Positions 38,638 through 48,559 of a stretch of 64,000 bases of DNA are shown piece by piece. The stretch lies in NCBI GenBank assembly GCA_963667845.2, contig CAXXVL010000002.1, positions 288,001-352,000 of the forward strand, given 5' to 3'. A program made the translations under genes and the position numbers. The number at the start of each line of letters is the position of its first letter. The stretch's first letter is position 1. The notes beneath the pieces were generated by a model. That model was not told where the DNA came from. It was given only the letters and a program-made list of their open reading frames with translations, and did not search any database. Source of the DNA: Smithellaceae bacterium. Lineage in GTDB: Bacteria > Desulfobacterota > Syntrophia > Syntrophales > Smithellaceae.

Positions 38638-38739
38638 TTTAATCCCGCTCACGCGGGACGAGCCTTAATTCACTGTCGCTTGCTGCGAAATAATGACGCT
38701 CATTTCACACCTCGACAGCTTGCTGAGAGGTGGTTGATT
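38638..38739 (-). repeat. Dispersed MITE/REP-like element, copy 5 (long form)
   Basis: TTTAATCCCGCTCACGCGGGACGAGCCTTAATTC...CTCGACAGCTTGCTGAGAGGTGGTTGATT. Confidence 0.85.
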
Positions 38740-38762
38740 CGATTTCGCGCCTCTCACGCCCC

Positions 38763-41700
38763 CTAGCGCACCATGAATAACGAGCTGTCTTTGCCGAAAT
38801 TGATGATCACCGGCGTCTGGGGATGGCCGAGTTTTGAGGAAATCTCCGTGGTCATTTCCCGGGAGTAGACCCCCAGACTTTTAACCGTCACGGAACCACT
38901 CTTGTCTTTATCCACCGCCGTAGAGTTTTTTAATCCGGCAAGAAGAGTATGCGTATAGAGGCCGTTTCCCTGATAGCCATCCAAAGCAGTCTGAACCGAT
39001 CCCGCCGAGGCATAGATGTGCAGCCCCATCTTTTTAGCTAGCACCGACATCCGGGCATCGTACAGGCCGCTGACAATGTTATCCACCCCGCCCGCGTGGC
39101 AGGTATCAAAAATGAAAAGCTGGGACAGCGCTTTGATCTTTTTGGACATCTCGACAATCTCGTTGGAGCTGATCAAGATCTTCTCCGTATCCAAGGGACC
39201 TGCGAAGCCGGCGGTAACGATGTAGTACTGGCTTTGTAAAAGCAACCCGTGGGAGGCGTCAAAAAAGACGAAGCTGTCGCCGTGTTTTACTATGGCTGCC
39301 AGTTTAGCGATGGCGGCCAGAATATTTTGCTTGCCCGCCTGTTCATTGACGAGCGTGGTCAGATGAATGTTGGACGGCGGGTAGATGGTCTTTGCCTTTT
39401 GGGCCAGCCCCGTTGTGAAGTCCCGGGCGTCCTTCGCCGCATATTTCAAATTAATGGAAGCATCGCGATACCGGTCGATGCCGATGGCCAGAATATACAG
39501 GTGCGGCGCCGCCGGCGCGCGGGTGGACGTGAAGTTGGCGGTAGCCATCACGCTCTGCACCGTGTTGGGAGCGTTGAAAGCGGTAAGTCCGATCTCATTT
39601 TCGCCGGATATCGTTTCCAGCTCCACACATTCATCAACCGACGCGCCCTTGGCCCGGAGCACGTGGGCGCCGGGGCTTAGCTTCTCCTTGATGGAGAGCG
39701 ACCGCATATCCTGGTACAATGCCCGGCTGTTGACGGAAGCAAGCGTCAGAGATGCCGCTTCGCTCTTTGCCGCAACTTCCCGGTAGAACCCATCGGACTT
39801 GACGAGCTTGCCGTTTTGAAACAGGCGGACCTCGCCGATGCCGCCGCCGGTGCTCGAAATCTGATAACAGACCTTCATCCTGGAATCGCCGGTCTCGGCT
39901 GGAACCGCGGAAAACCTGACCGTCGGCGGCGGATTGTTGATCGCCTCCTCCACCGTCAATGTGACCAGGCCCGTAATGTCCTCGCCTTTGAGTTTGGCCA
40001 ATACGATGTCGGGGCGGTAAAACACGTCATAGAATTGGTCGATCCCGTATACTTTGCTGCCCCGGCGAATGTTGAGATATTCATGCCCGCGGGCCGAGGA
40101 ATTGTAGTATCCTTCCTTCGTGATCACGATCCATTCGCCGTTGCCGAAGGCAACAAACTGCCCCACCTCCCTGCCGGCAGCCGTATCCCAGAACCTGACG
40201 GTCCCGTCGGAACTGCCGCTTGCGAGCCATGGGACCATATTGGTCACTGCCCCCGCATTGATCGGCGCCCGATGCCCGGCAAAACGAAGCCCCTTCCCGT
40301 CGGAGGCGTTGCTTATCAGACGAAAGGAGTTATCCCCGTTATCCGCAATCACCAGACGATCATCGGGTCTGCCCACAACTACGCGGCCATCCGATCCGCG
40401 CTGTTTATTGCCTTGCAGGTCGATCAGTCCTCCATCTTTCCCCGGAATCAGAACCGCCTTGCTGTCGGACGTAAATTGCAGAACCGCCGCCGTGCCTTTC
40501 ATCGGCACAATCGTTTTGCGCACCCAGTCTTCCGTGGAAAAGAGTTCAAGTTTATTCAAAGTGGAAAGCGCAAAATGAGCGCCGTCCGGCGAAAAGACAA
40601 ACATCACCGACTGCGGACGGGTTGCCGAGTCAACCGGTATGGATTTGATAAGCCCGTTATCCGAACTCCAGACATCGACACTGAACCGGCTGCTTTGGTC
40701 CGCTCCGAAACTGGCCACAGTATGGCCCAGCGGCGATACAGCCAATTTTTCAATAAACTGTTTTGTCCTGAAGGATTTTTGCTGCTGTCGAACGATATCC
40801 ACAATTGAAATAACGGTTCGCTTAGGATCGGCCAGGGCCGCATAGGCGCCGTTGGGCGACAAACCGGATACCGCTGCCCGATAGGTTCTCGCCAGGGATC
40901 CCTGCTGATAATTCCAGACTGCAATCGTCTGCGAGGCATCTCTGGCCGCCATGAGCGGACTGCCCTGGATAAAAGCCACCTGCACTATCCAGTTCCCTTT
41001 ACCGATGGAGGCGAATACTTCAATCTCGTTGCTGTCGCTGCGCGTCTTGGCCAGCAGTTCATCGATGTGCTCTTTGCGTGACGGCCGCGAAACTTTGTCC
41101 ACTTCCCGGCCGCCGTTGAAAAGGATGACCGTCGGCAGGATTCCCGAAACGCCATAGCGATTGACGATATCAGCGCTTTTATCGATATCGATGCCGACGA
41201 TTTTAACGTCGGGATACTTCTGGCTGGCCTCGCGCATGATCGGCAGATACATTTTGCAGGGCACGCACCAGTTGGCATAGAAATAGGCCAGCACCGGCTG
41301 GTCGGACTTCAACACCTCCTCATCAAAGCGCGAACTTTCAACGGTCGGAAAATCGCCCAATATATTTGAACCCCGGGAGGGTTGACCGGGACGAACCGGT
41401 CCCCGTGCAACAGGAGCACTCTTCAGAGTGTAGCTGATCTCCCGGCGATCCTTACCCCGCGCAATGAGCAGTTTAATCTGATCGCCGGACTGGTAAAGCC
41501 TCATGACCTCTTGCAGATTGGCCGGCATCTTGATGGTCCGGTCATCAACCTTCAAAATGACATCACCGGGCCGCAACTCGCCCGCGGCCGACGCCGAAAC
41601 GACGTAGGCGCCCTCAGGCGTTTCCATACCGATGAATTGCGCATATTCGGCCGTTACAGCCTTGACCATCACGCCCAATGACGCCCGCTCGGCCGCACCA

Positions 41701-41774
41701 GCAGATGCCGCAACCAGAATCAGAAGAAAAATAATAATGACGCCACTGATACTACCTAAACGGTTTCTGCCCAT
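38763..41774 (-). CDS. Exported PDZ-thioredoxin-WD40-caspase (peptidase C14) protein
   Basis: Signal peptide; LRPGDVILKVD (PDZ); WCVPC (Trx); GH...SGSSDGTVRFWD (WD40); AIGIDRY, ASHG, FDTCHAG (C14 His/Cys). Confidence 0.9.
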   Translation of the reverse strand: MGRNRLGSISGVIIIFLLILVAASAGAAERASLGVMVKAVTAEYAQFIGMETPEGAYVVSASAAGELRPGDVILKVDDRTIKMPANLQEVMRLYQSGDQIKLLIARGKDRREISYTLKSAPVARGPVRPGQPSRGSNILGDFPTVESSRFDEEVLKSDQPVLAYFYANWCVPCKMYLPIMREASQKYPDVKIVGIDIDKSADIVNRYGVSGILPTVILFNGGREVDKVSRPSRKEHIDELLAKTRSDSNEIEVFASIGKGNWIVQVAFIQGSPLMAARDASQTIAVWNYQQGSLARTYRAAVSGLSPNGAYAALADPKRTVISIVDIVRQQQKSFRTKQFIEKLAVSPLGHTVASFGADQSSRFSVDVWSSDNGLIKSIPVDSATRPQSVMFVFSPDGAHFALSTLNKLELFSTEDWVRKTIVPMKGTAAVLQFTSDSKAVLIPGKDGGLIDLQGNKQRGSDGRVVVGRPDDRLVIADNGDNSFRLISNASDGKGLRFAGHRAPINAGAVTNMVPWLASGSSDGTVRFWDTAAGREVGQFVAFGNGEWIVITKEGYYNSSARGHEYLNIRRGSKVYGIDQFYDVFYRPDIVLAKLKGEDITGLVTLTVEEAINNPPPTVRFSAVPAETGDSRMKVCYQISSTGGGIGEVRLFQNGKLVKSDGFYREVAAKSEAASLTLASVNSRALYQDMRSLSIKEKLSPGAHVLRAKGASVDECVELETISGENEIGLTAFNAPNTVQSVMATANFTSTRAPAAPHLYILAIGIDRYRDASINLKYAAKDARDFTTGLAQKAKTIYPPSNIHLTTLVNEQAGKQNILAAIAKLAAIVKHGDSFVFFDASHGLLLQSQYYIVTAGFAGPLDTEKILISSNEIVEMSKKIKALSQLFIFDTCHAGGVDNIVSGLYDARMSVLAKKMGLHIYASAGSVQTALDGYQGNGLYTHTLLAGLKNSTAVDKDKSGSVTVKSLGVYSREMTTEISSKLGHPQTPVIINFGKDSSLFMVR

Positions 41775-41826
41775 GTTTTGATTTCCTTCTCTAAATTTCC
41801 GGCGGTCTCTCTAATTTTCCGGGATG

Positions 41827-42279
41827 CTACTTGGCACTTTCTCCTTTGTCCTTTTTACGGGGCATCACAACCTTGCCGTCATCCGTAAGGACAAACACTT
41901 CCCGGGCAAATTTATCCCCCATGTTGATGGCGACCAGATATTCCACATTTCTTTTTAAAGGAACCGGCCCGGCGACCTGAGGAAACTCGCTTAAGGCCTG
42001 CCCGTATTTTATCTGTTTCAGACTCGGATATTTTCTTTCTTTTACTTTAGTTGCCAGATCATGGCCTGTCGCCCACAGCGTTTCTCCCCGCGAATTTCCC
42101 TTTCCCGGATTGAAAACCGTCACCTGGATGCCGCTGATTTCCTGCTCGTCTTCCAGCACAAAAGTCACATCATTGCCGATCATGATTACATCAACGGGAA
42201 CCGGCTTCAGACAGGCCCAAAGGCAGACACCCAAAAGGACCGCGAGAATTATTCCTGCAAAATTCTTTACTGATTTCAT
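41827..42279 (-). CDS. Hypothetical lipoprotein
   Basis: LWAC lipobox-like signal; co-directional with neighbours. Confidence 0.75.
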   Translation of the reverse strand: MKSVKNFAGIILAVLLGVCLWACLKPVPVDVIMIGNDVTFVLEDEQEISGIQVTVFNPGKGNSRGETLWATGHDLATKVKERKYPSLKQIKYGQALSEFPQVAGPVPLKRNVEYLVAINMGDKFAREVFVLTDDGKVVMPRKKDKGESAK

Positions 42280-42540
42280 CTTAACTTTCCTCTTCATAGA
42301 ACAAGGGTCTTGCCGCCCGAAGGTGTGGTTGCAACCCCTTGTTCTCCCCTTGTTCTCCCCTTCTTCTTACTGCAAGCCATGAGCTATAAGCTGCAATCCA
42401 AAAACCATCCACTATCCACCATCAACCATCAACTACTTAACTTCTCCAATGGAAAAGCCTGGCCGCTTAATCCCTCGGACAGTAGCCAGATTAACAGACC
42501 GTGAATATTTCCACGAAATGGTTATACTGACACATCATAC

Positions 42541-43362
42541 CTAGTCATTGAACCCTGTTTTTGCGCCTGTAATGATACGGCCGTCATGCGCAACGGTGCA
42601 GTGATTCCGGCCCATGCCCCGTTTCGGCACGATCAGAATCTGTTTTGCACTCTGGATGATTTTGTAGTCCGTTTCGGGCAAAGCAGCTAAATACGTTTCC
42701 AGGGGCGTTCCCGGTGTCGCACGCCGGCAGGCATCGGCAGCCATTTGACGGGCCTGACTCAGATCATAGATAAAGTAGCCTGCCGACAAACCGACGAGGA
42801 GTATGATTCCATAAATGACGTTGCGAAAAACAGGTCGGATCTTTCGGTGAGCTGTCTTTTCACCAGTCTGCGGCCAGAGGATTTCCCGGGCCGTCCGGCG
42901 CAGAAGATAGTATAGACCCATCACACCCAGGATAAACAGCAGCGGCGCGCCTTTTTCGTCTTCAAAAAGCGGCGCAAACGGTAAAATAAAAAAGGAAAGA
43001 AAAATCAGGATGGCCGGGTAGCGAGCCCAGCGCGCATAACGGATTAGTCCGGAACCGGTTACCGACGCGGCAAACGCATAAAGGACGGCGAAAGCGACAG
43101 CGCTGATGCCGCCTTCGGCAATTGACCGGATATTGATCAAAACGGGAACGCAGATGAAGAGCAGGAGATAACCGATGATCCTGATGGAAACATAGGCGCT
43201 TTGTTCGTCTTTGAGCCGTTTCTTTTCTTCCTTGGTCACCCAGCGCTTTTGAAAGAGCAGCAGGTTTTTCTCGCGAGCTTCTTCTTTCGTTAATCCGTCA
43301 AGAGGTACGCCCCAATCGGTGTTAATAAGCAAATCTACGCGTCCGGGCTGATAGTGTTTCAT
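42541..43362 (-). CDS. Hypothetical membrane protein
   Basis: 273-aa ORF with about five hydrophobic segments. Confidence 0.75.
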   Translation of the reverse strand: MKHYQPGRVDLLINTDWGVPLDGLTKEEAREKNLLLFQKRWVTKEEKKRLKDEQSAYVSIRIIGYLLLFICVPVLINIRSIAEGGISAVAFAVLYAFAASVTGSGLIRYARWARYPAILIFLSFFILPFAPLFEDEKGAPLLFILGVMGLYYLLRRTAREILWPQTGEKTAHRKIRPVFRNVIYGIILLVGLSAGYFIYDLSQARQMAADACRRATPGTPLETYLAALPETDYKIIQSAKQILIVPKRGMGRNHCTVAHDGRIITGAKTGFND

Positions 43363-43398
43363 TAAGATTCTTCGCCTCTGTCTTAAGTGTTCATCTTT

Positions 43399-43920
43399 CT
43401 ATTTCCGCATCTCATGCGTGCAAAAATCCCGGATTAAAACGGACTGCGGCACATTCCTGTTTTGATAATTCCGATATCTTTTCTTATAGTACGGATCATC
43501 CTGGCTGCTCGTAACAACAAATAAAATAAGGAGCACCGCAAGCAGCAGAAAAATCACCAGCGCATTCGCCTTGAGCCGGAAGAAGGCGCTAAGCGGTCCC
43601 GACAGACCCCCTTTCTGTTCCTGCCCTTCTCGCTGAATATGGTACAGCACTCCCAGGACCGCTAACGGTCCAAGCAACGGAATAACGGCAGCCGCGGTGG
43701 CCGCATAAAATCTCCAGTTAATCAGCGGACGGCGGCCTCTGTCTCTTAATTCCACATAGGCGCCGGTCATCAGGGCCAGACAGGCAAAAGAGAAGACGAT
43801 GCCGAAAAAATGTTCGCTTCCGGACGCGGACAGCATCGCAACCAGCAGGGCGGCAACATGACTGATGAGTCCGGCAAAAAGTGCATTTCTACCGAGGGAT
43901 GTATACGCAATTTCCGGCAT
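43399..43920 (-). CDS. Hypothetical membrane protein
   Basis: 173-aa ORF, four hydrophobic segments, 4 nt after ankyrin gene. Confidence 0.72.
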   Translation of the reverse strand: MPEIAYTSLGRNALFAGLISHVAALLVAMLSASGSEHFFGIVFSFACLALMTGAYVELRDRGRRPLINWRFYAATAAAVIPLLGPLAVLGVLYHIQREGQEQKGGLSGPLSAFFRLKANALVIFLLLAVLLILFVVTSSQDDPYYKKRYRNYQNRNVPQSVLIRDFCTHEMRK

Positions 43921-43924
43921 AAAA

Positions 43925-46213
43925 TTATCTTCTGCTGGGAGAGGTTGAACCGGCCTCTTTCAGGATCATTTGTACACCGTGCGGTTTTTCAAAAACTTTC
44001 ATACGATACTGTCCCCCGGCACGGAAAGGCCCGGAAAGGCGCAACATCACATCATGCAGCGAGTATTCGACAACCAGTTGATTGCCGCGCACGACAGGTT
44101 CGCCCAATCCGATGGAATAGAGCCACTGTGCGGAATGGCCCAGAAAAATGCAGGCCACGACATATTTTTCAAAATCCATCCGCGGCGCAGGCTTTTCCAG
44201 CGCCCGCTGCCAGAGTTCAGACCACTCTTTTTGCGTCTCCACAACCTTGATGAACGGCTCTTTTTGTTTGGAACCATTTCCTTTCCATTCCATCCCCAGG
44301 TAATCACCGCCCGCGCCGGCTTTTTCCAGAATACTCACCATCGCCGGTTTGTCGCCTTCGACCGCATACGTCCAGGCCGTTTTACCTTCTTTATCTCTCA
44401 GAGACAAGGATGACGCGCCTCCTTTTTCAACCAATATCCGGACGATATCCGCATTGAAGTTCTTTACTGCCAGAATCAATGCCGTTTCGCCCTTCTTGTT
44501 GACCGCATTCGCATCTGCACCGTGGTCAAGGAGATACTGCGTGATGGCGACATTGGATTGATTGAAAGACTTGACCGCTTTCATCAACGCCGTTTCCCCT
44601 TCATCATCCTGCATCTTGACATCGGCACCTTTGGCGATCAGGAATTTCACCAGGGGTAAATCTTTATCGACGGCGAGCATCAAAAGCGTGCCGCCGCCAA
44701 AGCCGCGCATATTCGCATCCGTATCTTTGGTCAGCAGAAGCCTGACAATCTCCAGATCGCCGCTGATGACGGCTGAAAAGAGCGCATCGGGCCTGTCGAA
44801 ATATCCGCTGTTGTTTACCAGTATTTTGACAACCGGAAGATAATGGCCGGCGATCGCTTTGCTGAGCGCCGTATCCCCGTATTTTGATTTTCGATTGATA
44901 TCCGCTCCGGCTTTCAAAAGTGCTTCCACTAAATCGGCATTGCCCTTTTCACAGACCATCATCAGGGCCGTCATCTGGTTGGGATCTGCCGCATTGACAT
45001 CGGCTTTGTGGCTGATCAATGATTTGGCAATATCGTTATTGCCGTCGGTTACGGCTATCATCAGCACCGATTTTCCGTCATCATATTTATCAGTGACCCG
45101 CGCACCGGATGAGAGCAGGACATTGACCACTTCCGTCTTCTTGCCCACCACCGCATAAATCAAAGCGTCGCCGTGCGATAAATTTTTAACATTGATATCG
45201 GCTTTTTTTCTCAAAAGCTCCTTGACGACGCTCACATGGCCCTTGGTGGAAGCATAGATGAGCGCGGTGTTGTTCACGCCGTTCTTGGCGTTCACGTCGG
45301 CCCCGGAAGAAAGCAGGATCCGGACAATCGCAAGTTGATTGCGGTCCGCCGCATACATGAGCGGCGTACTGCCCGTCTCGGTCCGAAGATTCACGTTTAC
45401 GCCTTTCGCGATCAACGCTTTGACGGCCTCAGGACGGCCTTCCTTGATGGCAATAAACAAAGGATCCACTGCCGGATCAACGGGCTTTGCCGATCCGGCG
45501 GCGGTTGAACTTTCCAGCAATTGAGTAATGTATTCCAACTTCGCCTTTTTGGCCAGTGACAGCGCCGTATCCCCTTCCTTGTTTTTCAAGTCCTTTCTTG
45601 CGCCTTTGGCCAGCAGGGCCTCTACCAGAGCGGCATCCCCCTGCAGCACGGCATACATGAGCGGAGTCCGGCCCGTTTTCAGCCAGGACTCATCCTGAAC
45701 ATTCACGTCCGCGCCGTTTTCCAAAAGGACATAAATCGTTTTTGTTTTATCCCCGGGAGGTCCGGCAGGCAAATTCCCCCAGGCGCTCGCCAGAAGCAGC
45801 GGCGTCAGCCCATTTCCCCGCGCATTGACATCGGCCCCCTTTTCCAGCAGGAATTTCACAACATCCACATGTCCCTGACCGGCGGCTTCGATTAAAGCTG
45901 TTCTCTCGCCTCTCTCTTTGCCGATGTCAATCGTCGCGCCGTGTTCGACAAGCAGCTTGACGATTTCCAGGTTTCCATTGCGGGCGGCCCTCACGAGCGG
46001 CAGATCTCCGGTCACGCCCCTCTGATTGATTTCATATTTACCGCCGCCCGTTTTCAGAGCCTCCCTGACGGCCGGAAGATCATTTTTTTTGACCGCTTCC
46101 AGAAGAGGACGGTCGGGAGGCGGCATGCGGCTGTCGGCAAAGCTGCCGGCCGGCAATAAAACAATCATAAGAAGATATATTATGGTTCTCAAAATGCGCT
46201 GTCCGACGTTCAT
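43925..46213 (-). CDS. Exported ankyrin-repeat protein with C-terminal PrcB-like domain
   Basis: Many TPL/TAL...GADVN repeats; C-terminal EWSELWQR...PRMDFEKYVVACIFLG. Confidence 0.88.
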   Translation of the reverse strand: MNVGQRILRTIIYLLMIVLLPAGSFADSRMPPPDRPLLEAVKKNDLPAVREALKTGGGKYEINQRGVTGDLPLVRAARNGNLEIVKLLVEHGATIDIGKERGERTALIEAAGQGHVDVVKFLLEKGADVNARGNGLTPLLLASAWGNLPAGPPGDKTKTIYVLLENGADVNVQDESWLKTGRTPLMYAVLQGDAALVEALLAKGARKDLKNKEGDTALSLAKKAKLEYITQLLESSTAAGSAKPVDPAVDPLFIAIKEGRPEAVKALIAKGVNVNLRTETGSTPLMYAADRNQLAIVRILLSSGADVNAKNGVNNTALIYASTKGHVSVVKELLRKKADINVKNLSHGDALIYAVVGKKTEVVNVLLSSGARVTDKYDDGKSVLMIAVTDGNNDIAKSLISHKADVNAADPNQMTALMMVCEKGNADLVEALLKAGADINRKSKYGDTALSKAIAGHYLPVVKILVNNSGYFDRPDALFSAVISGDLEIVRLLLTKDTDANMRGFGGGTLLMLAVDKDLPLVKFLIAKGADVKMQDDEGETALMKAVKSFNQSNVAITQYLLDHGADANAVNKKGETALILAVKNFNADIVRILVEKGGASSLSLRDKEGKTAWTYAVEGDKPAMVSILEKAGAGGDYLGMEWKGNGSKQKEPFIKVVETQKEWSELWQRALEKPAPRMDFEKYVVACIFLGHSAQWLYSIGLGEPVVRGNQLVVEYSLHDVMLRLSGPFRAGGQYRMKVFEKPHGVQMILKEAGSTSPSRR

Positions 46214-46374
46214 GTTTTTATCTCCATTAATTTTATTCATTTAGTTCGTCACTGAAAAACATCAGGACCGCCGGCCGGCGACACCCGCTGACAACGAAGA
46301 GCTGAAACCGATTTTTCAGAACGCTGCGGATGCGGATTTAACCGCCTCTTTTCCGTTCCACCGATCGCAGATTG

Positions 46375-46403
46375 AGTATAGAAATATGATTGAGGTAAGT
46401 CAA
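46375..46403 (-). promoter_or_regulatory. Sigma70 promoter of ankyrin operon
   Basis: TTGACT-17 nt-TATACT; the -35 overlaps a TTGA-N6-TCAA palindrome at 46390-46403. Confidence 0.65.
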
Positions 46404-46536
46404 CAACATTCAATCGCGGAGCATTATTGAATAATCAATGGTAGTTGTCAACAGGGTCTCAGCAAAGACTCGATCCGGAAAATAGAGAACGGGCCAACGA
46501 GTTTTCAGGATGCAGAAAATGATGGCTCGGGGAAGA

Positions 46537-47031
46537 TCAGAGTTCCCCATCGGCGGGGAGGTCGTAGCTCATACCGCCCAACAATGCCCAGCGGTCCCCC
46601 TCTTTTGCCCACGTATGGGTGATGCGCGACGATAATGTTTTCGGCGCGCCGGGCGTGTTGACGCATTGGACGCGAAGGGTGTATTGCGTCAGGACTATAT
46701 CCTTCAGAATACGGATACCCGCCCGTTCGATCCTCAGGCTGCAGGATGAAGGCCGGGCAATGAGTTGTTTCATGAAACGGGCGCTTTCTTCCTTGCCCAG
46801 TGGTTGTGGCACAGAGCCGGGCCAACCCAGAAATGCGCAATGCACCAAGGCCAGCACTGCTTCGTAATTTGCCTGATAGAGATTGGTGAAGTAGGCCTCC
46901 TCCAGTGTCCAGATTTCGTCTTGTGTCGTTATATTCTCGCCGGTTGTATCCATTGAAGTCGCATACGACTGCAAGGGCAAGACCATCATCAACGCCAAAA
47001 TAACCGTCGACAACAGGGCTTTGTTTTTCAT
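46537..47031 (-). CDS. Exported NTF2-like (DUF4440-type) protein
   Basis: Signal peptide; IWTLEEAY, RITHTWAKEGDRWALLGGMS. Confidence 0.78.
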   Translation of the reverse strand: MKNKALLSTVILALMMVLPLQSYATSMDTTGENITTQDEIWTLEEAYFTNLYQANYEAVLALVHCAFLGWPGSVPQPLGKEESARFMKQLIARPSSCSLRIERAGIRILKDIVLTQYTLRVQCVNTPGAPKTLSSRITHTWAKEGDRWALLGGMSYDLPADGEL

Positions 47032-47062
47032 TGCCAAACACCTCACATCCTTTTCAACGATT

Positions 47063-48559
47063 TCAGACCGTTGATGCTTTTCTTTTTCCTACTCTATCCC
47101 GCATTTTATAATACTGCAGTACCGCCGCCATGGCTCGCGCAGCGCGTTCAGGATCCTGGTAAATGGGAATGCCCCGGTCAAGCAGGTAGCGGACCATGCC
47201 CTCCTGAAGACTGCGGTAGGTGAAGCCGACAATCAGTTTGTCCGGGTGACGCTGGACGAGACTTAAAAAAGCTTTTGCATGATCGGTAATCATCTTATCG
47301 CGTTCGACCGGAATCGTTTCTTCAGGAACCCCCATTTCTTTCAGAATGCGCTCCATAAACATTCCCGGAGACAGCAAATAGGCCAGAAGCATGTCCGCGT
47401 TCTTCTCCTCGAGCAGAATATCGGGAATATTAAAAAAGTTCTCCGCTGAATTTAAGCTGTAAGTCAAATCGAGAGGATTCGCCGTACTGGCTGTTTTGGG
47501 AATCATCGGTTTGAGCTTTTCCACCGTTTCCACGGAGAGCCGGGGCAGCGTGAGTCCGGCCCGCCCGCAGGCGTCGGCCGCCGTGGCCCCCGGACCACCG
47601 GAATGCGTCTGGATAATCACCCTATTCCCGCCGGGCCGCGGGAGCGTCCCCAGCGCCAGCGCGTAATCAAAAAGTTCCGCAAGCGTCTGCGCCCGGATAA
47701 TGCCGCATTGCTTGAATACGCCGTCGTAAATTTCATTGGGTCCCGAAAGCGACCCTGTGTGTGAAAGACCCGCATGCCGGCCCGCTTCGGACCCGCCGAC
47801 ATAGAGCGCTATGATCGGTTTATGCGGCGTAATAGCCTGCGCTGCTTCGATAAATTTTCTGCCGCGGGTAATCCCTTCAACGTAGAGCGTAATCACTTTT
47901 GTGTGGGGACAGGCGCCCAGATATTCCAGACAGTCGACGATATCGATATTGGCCTCGTTCCCCACGCTCACCGCCGCGCTGAATCCCATCCCGTGACGGT
48001 GCAGATAATCAAACATCTGGGTCACGAAACTGCCGCTCTGCGAGGCCAGACCGACAAAGCCGGGAGCACCTTCAGCGGTGATCGTCGTCGGATTGAGCTT
48101 GAGATGCGGGTTCGCGATCCCCAGACAGTTCGGGCCGAGAAAGCGGATGCCGAATCGATCGGCCACGGCTTCCAGTTCTCTTTGCAGTGCGACGCCTTCC
48201 GGACCCGCTTCCCGAAATCCGCCGGAAACAACGATGGCATGACGGATCCCTTTCTTTCCGCAGTCGGCCAGAGTCTGACAGACGATCTCGGTCGGCAGGA
48301 CGATAATGGCCAGATCGGGCACTTCGGGCACGTCCATAATGCTCTTATAGGCCTCGTGTCCGCGCACTTTTTCTTCAGTCAGATGAATCGGGAATATCTT
48401 CCCTTCATACCCCAGGGCCTGCACGGATGAAAGCATCAGGGACCCCATGCGCAGGAAGTTATTGGATGCGCCGAAAATGGCGATGCTCTTGGGATTGATA
48501 ATCGGATACAACGGGCTTTCTAAAATGGAACTGATCATTGATTCGTCTTCCTTCTGCAT
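47063..48559 (-). CDS. ADP-forming acyl-CoA ligase alpha-subunit-like CoA-binding protein
   Basis: PKSIAIFGAS, LGPNCLG, SQSGS, SVGNEA, SHTGSL, NPLDL. Confidence 0.92.
   Translation of the reverse strand: MQKEDESMISSILESPLYPIINPKSIAIFGASNNFLRMGSLMLSSVQALGYEGKIFPIHLTEEKVRGHEAYKSIMDVPEVPDLAIIVLPTEIVCQTLADCGKKGIRHAIVVSGGFREAGPEGVALQRELEAVADRFGIRFLGPNCLGIANPHLKLNPTTITAEGAPGFVGLASQSGSFVTQMFDYLHRHGMGFSAAVSVGNEANIDIVDCLEYLGACPHTKVITLYVEGITRGRKFIEAAQAITPHKPIIALYVGGSEAGRHAGLSHTGSLSGPNEIYDGVFKQCGIIRAQTLAELFDYALALGTLPRPGGNRVIIQTHSGGPGATAADACGRAGLTLPRLSVETVEKLKPMIPKTASTANPLDLTYSLNSAENFFNIPDILLEEKNADMLLAYLLSPGMFMERILKEMGVPEETIPVERDKMITDHAKAFLSLVQRHPDKLIVGFTYRSLQEGMVRYLLDRGIPIYQDPERAARAMAAVLQYYKMRDRVGKRKASTV

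Noticed and set aside
12766..38739. CRISPR array or integron attC interpretation of the dispersed repeat
   Set aside because: Copies are kilobases apart in both orientations, with no spacers, cas genes, integrase or clear RYYYAAC/GTTRRRY ends
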